A DNA stretch of 39,858 bases. It comes from Klebsormidium nitens (taxonomy: Eukaryota > Plantae > Klebsormidiophyceae). This document shows, piece by piece, positions 22,679 through 32,849 of the stretch (its first letter is position 1; each line of letters opens with the position of its first letter). A model generated the notes under the pieces. It made no database searches. It worked only from the letters and a program-made list of their open reading frames with translations, and was not told the origin of the DNA. The position numbers and the translations under genes were made by a program. Where the stretch lies: the NCBI GenBank assembly GCA_000708835.1, contig DF237610.1, positions 1 through 39,858 on the forward strand, written 5' to 3'.

Positions 22679-25600
22679 CTAAGATGCGACCCCCTCCTGA
22701 CCTTGCTGCAGGTCGCCTGGGCTTGCCTGGCGGACCAGTGCCCGCAGGTGGTGCACCTGCTCCTCCACGGCCTCCAGCATGGCGCGGGTGCTGCACGCGT
22801 CGTCCGCGCGTTCCGTCACGATGCTCGCCATGCTTGCCTCCAGCAGCCGCCGGTTGGCAGATTCCGCCGATAGCTCGCGCACCTGCGGACATGGGGTGAG
22901 GGCTCAAACTCTTACTTGGTAAGCGCGAGCCGAACCATGGCAGGAACCCGAATCTTTGCGACGGAATTGCAGGCTCACGTCAAGACGGTTCGTCGGCCCT
23001 CGTCCAGTGCCGCTCACCATGCTCCTCAGCGCGGTCTCGGCATGCTGCAGCGCATCGCGGCCGCGGCGCGCCTGTGCGGCCTGGCTGGCGCGGCTCCACC
23101 GGTGGAAGGCGCGTGCCACACACCGCTGCACAATGACCGCCCAAGCGTCGGTGAGTAACGGCCCATGACGAGCGCAGGCTGAGGCGTCATATAACTCGTC
23201 GACCATCTTATAGCACCGGCCAGAATTCACATCGACATTATTGGGTCATCTCGATCGGAAGCAAGCGTTCCCCTCGGCGCTTCCCTGCCCTTTGGGGCGC
23301 CGCGCACCTGTCTCCACAGCAGCGCCGCCAGCCGCCCCGTGCACTGCGAGGCCTGCTGCGCGGCGGCTGCGTGGGTCCGGAGGCGGCCCTCGAGCGCCCC
23401 GGCCAGTGCCGTCACCTGCGGCACAGGGACACACCGCGACAGAGCGGCCGCGCTGCACACACGGCAACAGGGGCCAGGTTAACATCGGGGAGGCGGCAGC
23501 ATCGACTGGTCACGAACCTGCGAGCCGGAGGTTTCACGAGCGAAGAAGACACACACAAGCAGGCGCGGACGCCTCGATTGAGCAAGGCTGCGCTCGGCAG
23601 ACCGTTCGTGAGACTCTCCCTGGCAGCAGGGGACGCGCGGCTCACTGCTCGTGGGCGCTTTGCCGCTGCAGCATGCGCGCCTCCTTCGCCGCTGCCTCTG
23701 CGGCCGCCAGCCGGGCCTGCAGCCGCCGCCCGCGGCCGCACAGCGTGGCCACGCGCCAGCGCTCGAGTGCCAGCCCCGCGCACGTCTGGCGCGCCCACCG
23801 CCGGCTGCACACCGCCATCAGCGCAGCCCGGCGCGCCTTCTGCGACCGCAAGTGCTCCGCCAGCGCCGCAAAAGCGGCCGCCAGAGTGCGGTGCCGCCAC
23901 CGCTGCACGACGCGCCGGGCCACCGCCCGGCACCTGCGAATGTGGCGCACCGCAACACGCCAGGCCAGAAAGGGCTCCGAGACGGTGGGGACTGTCTGCC
24001 AGGTGGCAGGGCCTCCTTCGGAGAGGTCGTCCCCTGGCTGGTCCGCCGCATCGCGGGGTCCCATGGCGGCGGCCTGCTGCATGAGCACGAGGCGCCAGGC
24101 GAGGAAGGCCCGGGCCAGCGTGCGCTGCGAGAGGCGCGCAATCACCTGCAAGCAGGCAGGGGCCACGCTGAGGCCCGGGAAGGGCGGCTGCGGGATCGTG
24201 CGATCGCAGACATCTCGAGAACCGATCCCTCAGGCTGCACCCACGGATCGCACCAATCGAAGGCACGGAAGGGCCCATTCTGTTGAAGGCAGCTACGACA
24301 GACTTGCTCGTCATCCGAAGAGTACTGGCGAAGCACAGCGGTCCGCATGAAAGTGGGATGCTCGCCTCGAAGGCCGTCGTGCGCATGCGCTTGCTGTGGC
24401 GGACTCGCTCCTGCCACGCCGCCAGTGCTGCCGCCAGCACGCGGTGCTGGAAGCGGCCCACCACGCGCGCCATCACGTCCCGGGCAGACCGGCGCGCAGC
24501 TACCCACGCGAGCCACGCGCTGAAGGCCGTGTGCAGGTGCAACGACTGCCGAGAAGACGAGGACACAGACAGGAGTTGGAGTCGAAGTGCCCCAGGGATC
24601 GGACAGAGCTTTGCCGGGGCTTGAGTTGACAGCAGCCGGGGGCCTTCGTGATGTACGAATTGCCTACAGTAACTAATCATTCAATGAAGAAGTAAAACAC
24701 GTCTCGCACTGAACGAAGCTCACAACACCTGGCCAAGGACATGCAGGTGCACAGCTCGCATGACGAGGTCAGCAAAGTGAGGTGCGCTGACCTGCATCCG
24801 GCGCACCACCTTGACCATCTTGCTGCGCAGTACCCGCCTTGCGCGCACCGCCTCCCTCCACGTGTCCCAGCACGCCGCCACTTCCCGCTGCTGCCAGCGC
24901 TGCGCCACCCTGGCGAGCATCCCCTCCAGCCGCCGCCTCGCCTGGGCCTGCGAGTGCCACCTGGCAAACGCCGCGCCCACCTGCAGCTGCCGCATGCGCC
25001 GCACCGCGCGCTCCAGCAAGTGCCGCCGACGCCGCTGCTCCGCCCCCGCTGCCCACCAGGCGCCGAAGGCCGCAGCAAGGTGGTGGTGCTGCAAGCGCGC
25101 CACGGCCCGGCGTAGCAGCGCAGCGCGGCGCCGCAGCTGGGCGGTGGCGGCAGCCCACCGCTGAAACGCCCCCCGCAGGTGCGCCCGCCGTGCTCGCTGA
25201 GCCTGGCCAGAGCGNNNNNNNNNNNNNNNNNNNNNNNNNNNNNNNNNNNNNNNNNNNNNNNNNNNNNNNNNNNNNNNNNNNNNNNNNNNNNNNNNNNNNN
25301 NNNNNNNNNNNNNNNNNNNNNNNNNNNNNNNNNNNNNNNNNNNNNNNNNNNNNNNNNNNNNNNNNNNNNNNNNNNNNNNNNNNNNNNNNNNNNNNNNNNN
25401 NNNNNNNNNNNNNNNNNNNNNNNNNNNNNNNNNNNNNNNNNNNNNNNNNNNNNNNNNNNNNNNNNNNNNNNNNNNNNNNNNNNNNNNNNNNNNNNNNNNN
25501 NNNNNNNNNNNNNNNNNNNNNNNNNNNNNNNNNNNNNNNNNNNNNNNNNNNNNNNNNNNNNNNNNNNNNNNNNNNNNNNNNNNNNNNNNNNNNNNNNNNN

Positions 25601-27415
25601 NNNNNNNNNNNNNNNNNNNNNNNNNNNNNNNNNNNNNNNNNNNNNNNNNNNNNNNNNNNNNNNNNNNNNNNNNNNNNNNNNNNNNNNNNNNNNNNNNNNN
25701 NNNNNNNNNNNNNNNNNNNNNNNNNNNNNNNNNNNNNNNNNNNNNNNNNNNNNNNNNNNNNNNNNNNNNNNNNNNNNNNNNNNNNNNNNNNNGCTGAGCC
25801 TGGCCAGAGCGGAAGAAAAGGGATTAAACAATCAAGGAATTGAGCAAAACTCCTCCCGCCTCCAGCCACGCGCGGTTGGACCTTGACATTGAGGAAAGGC
25901 CTCCTAGTCTGTAAGATGAATGACACTGCCGCCTCCCAAGGTTCCATCTAGATCGGAGTCGGATGCACGGGCTTCGGAAAAGCAACCATTCTGTGCCTGT
26001 AATCTCTTTTTCGAAAATGACTTGAACGAGTCGCTTTGATTCTTTCCGTTTTGCGAGCAGAAGGCGACCTCAGATCAAGCTGAGCTTATAGCGAACTTCA
26101 CATTGATTTCGTTTATCTGAAATCTGAGCAGTTGTGACAGCAATTTGGTCATCTTGGGATTGCGCATTCTGCCCCACTGAGCGGCTTTCAAGCACGAGCC
26201 ACCCGCTTCTGCCATCGGCTGCCTGTGGCGCCTTTGTGGGTGCCTTTACTCACCATGGCCGTCACCTTGAGCACGGCCCTCCTTCTCTCGTGGCTGCGCT
26301 GCTGGCTGCCCCGCCGCCACGCGCGCCACGCCACCCACAACTCGCGCCTCTCCCCCAGTCGCGCCGCCCCAGCCGCCACCTCCGTGGTAAGCACCTCCGC
26401 GCGCGCGGCCTGGGCCTCGCATGAAGCGGACCATGCCGCAGCCTTTTCCACCTGCACCCCTCAGCCAACACTCAGAAGGGCGTCTACTAAGGCTTGCATG
26501 ATTGGGCCGAGCCCAACTGAGTGTCTTTCAGCGGCTGCAACAGCTCGCACTACAGGGGGTAACCCAAGTGGTCGCAAATCAAGCCTGTAGAGAAGCCCCC
26601 CTGAGGCCCTGCTGAACACGTGGAGGCCTCACCTGCACGGCCCACCTCCACTTCCACAGCGCGCGAGCTTCACAGGCCCTGCTGCGCACTTCCCCCACGC
26701 GGCCCGCTATCCTGGCGCAGGCTCGTTGCAGCCGCGCCGCCTGGCACAGGGCCTTCTCCATGCGCGCCCGCATCACGTGTTCCTCTTCAGGGGCGAGCTG
26801 CACCAGCGGGCGGGCCGGCTCAGTACAAGCAAGAGGGCGGGTCTGGCAGGCTGGCTGGATTCACGGGGCCCAGCATACAGCAGGTCTGCAGGGCACTGCA
26901 AGCTGGGCGCCCATTCTTACCGTAGATGACGGAGGTAGCTTTCCCCTGCCGTCGGCGGGTTTGTGCGTCCGGCCCTTTCCCTTACTGGCCTTGCTCCCTG
27001 AAATGGTGCGGGGGCAGCAGCACGGGCAGCTGCGCGCGCCACCCCGCTCATATGACAGGACCCGGGCCAAGTCCAGGCCGAGCTTTGTCTGCAGAGCAGC
27101 GCCGCCGTCATCTTGTCCACACTGATGGCAGGGGCCATCGCAGGGCAGAGCTGCCGGAAAGGCTTGAGAGGAAACCCGTTGGGTCGCCAGAGCTGGGGGA
27201 GCAGGAACCCGGGCAGGGCTGCAGAAATTTGCGAATTCATCGAATTTGAACGCAGTGTCAGACGAAACAAGAGAACTAAGCACATGTACAGATTGACAAC
27301 GACGCGGTACTTGTCCAAACAACAGGACATCAGAGTTGTCTCGGAGACACAGGCAGCGTGTCAGCAAAAGCTGCAGATTGTGTTGTGCACATTCCGTCCT
27401 CTTCTTCGTAGGCAT
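22679..27415 (-). CDS. Sfi1-repeat (putative centrin-binding) protein; multi-exon span, 5' end uncertain, crosses assembly gap
   Basis: Arg/Ala-rich helical repeats end in (A)F/LxxW with exact 33-aa Trp spacing in the exon at ~25200-24790 (AFGAW-33-AFARW-33-CWDTW). More copies occur downstream (AFSAW, ALAAW, AFLAW, AFHRW). Canonical splice junctions were found at several exons, and the stop TAG is at 22681-22679. ATG 27415 is the first ATG of the frame that splices into the repeat exons. Confidence 0.72.
25215..25792. other. Assembly gap of 578 N flanked by a 19-bp direct duplication
   Basis: GCTGAGCCTGGCCAGAGCG occurs at 25196-25214 and again at 25793-25811. Confidence 0.97.
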
Positions 27416-28914
27416 CAACCTCTGCTTGCTCTTGGTGTGAGGATTTGCTTACCTGAGGATGCCCTTGTCCGCGGGTGTGCGGGGCCCCGTGGGCGGCGAG
27501 GCCCATCCCAGTGGTGGGTCATTCTCTTGGGAGGCCCGTGCCCGCTTGGCGGCCATGACAGACTGACCAGCTAGGTCAGGGGGGAGGCTAGCCTGGGCAT
27601 GCCAGGGAGGCATGCAAAGGCGGGACACTACAAGAGCCGTTCGCAGTGATGGCTGGGCAGGAAGACCCAGCTCCGCCCGTCGTGCTGCAGTCACTCAGGG
27701 CAATGCTGCAAAGAAGGGCTCTGTAAGTGGCCCATGCGTGTTCGCCGTCCTACCGGGGGACTCGGGGCGCGTCTTAAAGCTGAGAGTGAGGCACTGCTCG
27801 CATGGCTACACCCAACAGGCTTGGAAGCAACAAAGCTCTGTACTTACATGTCAAAAAGCCAACTTTGAAGGTCGTGATTCAGCATTACACTAAGTAAGAC
27901 CGAGTGAATGGTCTCCTTGCACCATGCCAATGCAGAAGTCTGGTGTTTTCTTATATGCCCTCGTCTGGTCACTGCTGCGGGGTTGCCCTCTGGCTGACAT
28001 GGCATTGCGCGTGTCTCGTTTGATCAAACGTAATAAGTCATTTTGCCAAATCTCTGCCCCTCAACTTTCAAATTTCAGAGAATCTGATCAATTTTGAACT
28101 TCGTGCAAGCACTCTGGCAATGAAGTTGCTTGAAGCGAGAGCTCCCCGTGATCAAAGGTGGGAGGAACCAGCACCCTCACATTCGCAATGCTGCACATCA
28201 CCCATGCCCCATTGGATCTTACAGCGGCAAAAAAAGTTCCTTCTGGCCCCCAACGCAAAATGGCATTTTTTCTTATGTTCGGCTGGCGGCATTAGGCGCC
28301 TTTTGCGAGTCGCGACGTTCTCATCACCATTGGCATAGCACTTTGAACAGTTCTCAGCGCGAGACCCTGCATGCACGTTGTGACAAATCTCGGGATCGGA
28401 TGATCCCATGAAGCTCTGCATTCCCATTCCGAGTGACGCCATCACATCCAAGCGAGACGGACAAGGCAGCCGTCGATGAACACGACTGGACGGTGCACAC
28501 CCCCTTTCGATGAACCGAAACTTTTCAAGAACACCCGACGACGTCTGTGGGCTGGGCGGGCGTCCGCGGCCAATGAAGCGACCCAGCGGCGCGGCCGGCT
28601 AGCCACGGGCGGCCGCGCCCGGGCGGCCCCCGCGATCGAACCACGCAGATCATTTGAACTGGCCATGCATGGCTCTTCGAACTCGGAATGTTTCAATAAA
28701 GTTTTCAATGATGTGAACCCGACCTGAAGTGCTCTAGCTGTGCAATGTGGTGGCGCTTCCATTGCACACTTGTAAAGGAATGCAGCGTCTAGTTTATAAG
28801 AAGAACAGGCGTGATTGCGAGTGCCGCGTCCACCTGGATATAATTGGATCAAGTGCACTGATTGTTTCTCTCCCTTGATCCGGGCGTGCTGTTGGCGTGG
28901 CGCGCTAGGACAGC

Positions 28915-30635
28915 ATGGTGCGGCTGAGTGCCAAGGCGAGCGTGACGCACGCGGCCGATGGCGGCCACAGTTCCCAGCTGGCGCTGGCGCTGCCGGTGGC
29001 AGATGTGAAGGTTAAGGCCACGCTGAAGGACGTGACCCTGACCAAGGAGCCGCGCTACAGGAAGGGGCTGCTGCTTGGGGTGGAGAAGCCAGGCGACTTC
29101 AGCGTCGATTACAACGTGGAGGACGGGGTGAGTGCGGCCGAGGGGACCTGTTGAAAGAGGTCAATTGATGCAAGAAAGGAGGCCATCTGTTGATGTTACA
29201 GCATTGCCGGGGCATCAGTGAAACAGCGGGAGTGAGGTGATGCAATCAAGTGTCTGGTAGATCAGGTGGATTGAATGATGGGGTCTTGGCTTTAACCTTG
29301 GGAGAGCCCCACATTACCACCTGCTTACTGCCCCACCTGCTTAGTCCTGTCATGGGGCGTCAGGGGCAGCATTGCGGTCACATTAGCCCTCTGAAAGGGT
29401 CTGAAACAAGGCACCAGATGAGGACGCCGGAGACTTTGTGTCTGATACAGCCAGGGTTCCATTCTGTTCTGCAAGACAAGGAATGCCACTCATCCGGCGG
29501 CTGCATCATGTAGCAATTTGCCGACAACCCCACCCCATTGATTCACATGATGCGCAAGTTTTGTGAAAGTAAGGAGTCCGCTGCCATGATGTCTATCGCC
29601 TAAAGCCCGCGGGAAGCATGGCGGCCCTGGTGGCATCATTGTACGATTGGAGGGGCCATCGTTATTGCGCAGGCTTGGAAGTTCCAATTTGACACGTCCA
29701 CCAAGGTGCTGGGGCCCCCGCTGAAGCTGTCGTACACGCACGGGCACCTCAAGCACGACACCACCCTGCAAGGCGCTCTGCTGCTGAATCCTGACACCAA
29801 GCTCACCACCAAGTGAGCGGCAGCGCACCCTGCAGGGCAGCCAGTAGATGCTGTCAACATGGCAAACTCTCATGTAAACGTTGCTGAATCTGTGCGTCAC
29901 TATCTCTTCATGTGCATGAATCAGAGGCTAGCTTTTCGAGATGGCTGGCCCCACTGCCATTGAGCAGGTGAGGCCCTGGCCTTGCTTCTGACGGGGCCGC
30001 GCCTGTGGCTGCAGGTGGGACTTCAAGAAGGAGGCGGCCACTGTGAAGCTGAGCCACACGCGGGGCTCCACGACGCTGGAGCCCGCATACGATGCAGGAG
30101 CTGGGACCTTTTCATTTGCCGCAACCCAGCGCATCGCCAAGAAGAGCACGCTGCGGGCCAGCTACGACCAGAAAGGGAAGCAGACGACCGTCGAGTGGAG
30201 CCGACAAGGATCCGACGAAGGGGGCCCAATCAAGGTCAGAACGAAACTCGGTCTTGTGCACCCTTGCCTATAGTAGCAACAAGGTGCCTCGATGAGATGA
30301 AACGAGACGTTGATCAGCAGGAGGCGGCAGGGGTCCATCCTAGATGATGCGGTAGATGGAGGTCCGGCTCCTTTTTGGGCTCGACTGCTTACCGGCAAAC
30401 TTATGGAGAGAATGTCTGCAGGGGCCCCGCTTGGGCATCATCTCGTCCCCAAGTACCACTCGTAAAGCGTTGCAACTTCTTCAAGTGTTGCGCGATCCAT
30501 CAGTGTCACGTTTGGACGATTTGCCCGCTCGTGAACACGACGTTCTGTGCTTCGTTGCAGATTGCGGTGACAACAATAGCGGGCAGAGAGCGACAACGGA
30601 AGGTGGTGCTCGAGAAAGCGTTCAACCTTTTCTGA
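28915..30635 (+). CDS. OEP24: Chloroplast outer envelope pore protein 24-like beta-barrel
   Basis: Four exons (28915-29127, 29673-29812, 30015-30234, 30561-30635) total 648 nt, or 215 aa plus stop, with consistent phases and GT-AG introns. The motifs GVEKPGDFSVDYNV, PLKLSYTH, TLEPAYD, LRASYDQ and VEWSR match recalled plant OEP24 motifs (AVEKPGSFIVEYNV, PLNLTYIH, TFEPCYD, VRATYQ, MEWSR), and the length agrees. Confidence 0.9.
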
Positions 30636-30994
30636 TGTGGTTTCAAACATGTCATCGATGTCCTATCAGAACACATTCGGGCACATTTGCCACTCAAAGG
30701 AAAGTTATGGCGAGACTTGTTGCGGAGGTTGAGGGAACATGTGATGCTGCCGTCAAAGTGATTGTCCACTATTGGCCACCATCGTTACGTACTAGCAATG
30801 GCCTACTCTTTGGGGAATTCGTTGGCCCAATCAGTCACCTTGTACGTGATTGATGAAATCTTTGGACCGGCGGGCACAATAATACTATCCGGCGGGCACA
30901 ATAAGCCTGAAGAAGTTCACTGCACCAAAGCCTGGCGCGACGGTGCCAGTAATGGAGGTCACAGAAGATAAAAGCGTACATCGCACTCAGGGAG

Positions 30995-32460
30995 TTGGAT
31001 CGTGCATGATCGAATCTAATTCACGAAACCGTGCATAAAGTTACACGTTTGTGCCGCATCAATCTCGCTTCAGGCTTCCAAATCTACTCGAAGAGGTGTA
31101 CTGATCGCATGATGCAGTCAACCGTTTCTATATATTTGTTCCTAGCTTCCGAATTGGGATTAAATGTATCGATCCGGCCAATCATGAATCTCAATTAATT
31201 AGCTGCATTTGGCACAAGTCATGCATGTGCTAAGCTCGCAAGTCATGCAGCTTATCTAGGTGCGCGCGGCCATGCATGCTCGCATGCGTACTCAATATTC
31301 GATCCATAGCAGCAGACTCAGAGCTATATATACTAGCGCTACTATAGTGACCGCGCATGACAGCGCGCGCGCACAAGCTACCTATGGTGGGTCTCGACGG
31401 TATCGACCGCGCGACGGTCCGGTCTCAAAGTTCTTACACCGGTGTTACGTGTCGCGACGAATTGTGTACGCGGCACTGACGACCGTACTCGGCAGTACTT
31501 GAGAATCAGGTCTGAGTTCATGAATTGAACTTTTTCTGACACGTCGATCAACGGTCAAGTGCGTACTATGCGGAGGTACGGTACCGCTCGAGTCTGCGCG
31601 TACATCGATTATGAAATTTATGGTCTTGGTCGGAACTTCCGACTTGAACCACGCAGGAGTACCGCGGTACCCAGACTGAAAGGAGAGTGCAGGAATTTGA
31701 TAGAGCAGTGTAAGGAAAGGCGCTCTGCAAAAATCAACAATGGCGGCCCACTTTGCGCCTCCTATGCTGTTTCTTGAGATTTGTCCTGAACAAAACATGA
31801 TGTTGGAGCTTCAAAGGACCTCTAATGACGCCCTTTCAACATTTTTTTTTGCTTGTCAAAGGTTTCTATAAGCTGCATAAGCCTCCTCATAGTGTGGCAT
31901 TTTTATGCTTCTGTCAAAGTGTAAATCAAAACACTCTGTTACACCATTATGACACTCGGTTACGGCCGAGCAAGATTTTGAAAGTACTCGTGGGTACACG
32001 TTACGGAAGTCCGAGTCGTCGTAACGTGAACCGCCGGTACTACTGACGAAATTTGATACCGGGTCCCACATTTTCGTCGCGGTTTGAGTCGAAGTCGACT
32101 CGGCCGGGACCCACCATAGGTAGCTTGTGCGTGATGTGAGTGACAACGTCTGGTCGATCCAATGAGTCTTTGTCGGAATCCATGCATGCGCGCCGTCGAG
32201 TTGAGCCTGAGCTGCAGCTATCATTGAGTAGCGCTGACATGCGCCGCCGCCGCCGCGGTCAGCATGCATGACCGAGACTTGATACGGAGTTAGATCGAAA
32301 CGTCTATATATAGTAAGTATATATGCAATTCTAGCCTGCCAGGCGACAAATGCAGGCTGAGAAAAGATATAAAACAAAGCAATGTAAATTCGACTTGTGA
32401 TACAGCTAGCATGAGGGTTACGGCTGCTTCATGCTGAGCAATCATCGACGCGCTCCAGCC
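30995..32460. other. Short-palindrome-dense non-coding tract C (contains the 758-bp TIR element)
   Basis: 35 palindromic 4-mers in 31141-31320 (about 11 expected), with similar texture at 32161-32420. Boundaries are approximate. Confidence 0.8.
31372..32129. mobile_element. 758-bp non-autonomous TIR element with CAC...GTG ends, possibly CMC (CACTA/Mirage/Chapaev)-type
   Basis: Perfect 22-bp inverted repeats: CACAAGCTACCTATGGTGGGTC (31372-31393) and GACCCACCATAGGTAGCTTGTG (32108-32129). CG lies on both sides (31370-31371, 32130-32131), which fits a 2-bp TSD but is itself palindromic. Oriented subterminal CGAC occurs x5 on the left and GTCG x5 on the right. The superfamily call is inference. 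Confidence 0.72.
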
Positions 32461-32849
32461 CGGTGAAGTGCACAAACGTGTGGGTGCGCACGGTGGTACG
32501 CCATAATGTCGTTAAGGACTTCGATCTGAAGCAGGGGGCTTCCCGTTCTTAATTTACTTCAAAGGAACGATACACGTTGGACACCTGGAAACTTCGAGAT
32601 ATGACCGCCGTGCAATCGCCTCTGCCGGTGCAGCATTACCGACCAGATGAAGTTGGAGCCAGAATTTTCCAGAACTGCAAATGATGCACATTCTCAATAT
32701 GACCAGGATAGTAACGGGTTCACTTTCACCTCTACATTAGAACTTCAACTGGCGATATGAAATAAGACGAGTCATGAGAGGACCATGACAAGTTGGATTC
32801 TCACCCTCCGGATCTATGCATTTGCTAAGTCTTGTCCTCGGCTGGCTTA

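Noticed and set aside
30356-30971. ORFs downstream of OEP24 exon 3 as a separate gene or transposase relic
   Set aside because: They overlap the OEP24 last intron, last exon and 3'UTR, and show no motif I recognise.
31445-32377. ORFs of 117 and 173 aa inside or across the TIR element as a transposase
   Set aside because: No DDE/CMC motifs; the 173-aa ORF runs across the element boundary; the element is too short to be autonomous.
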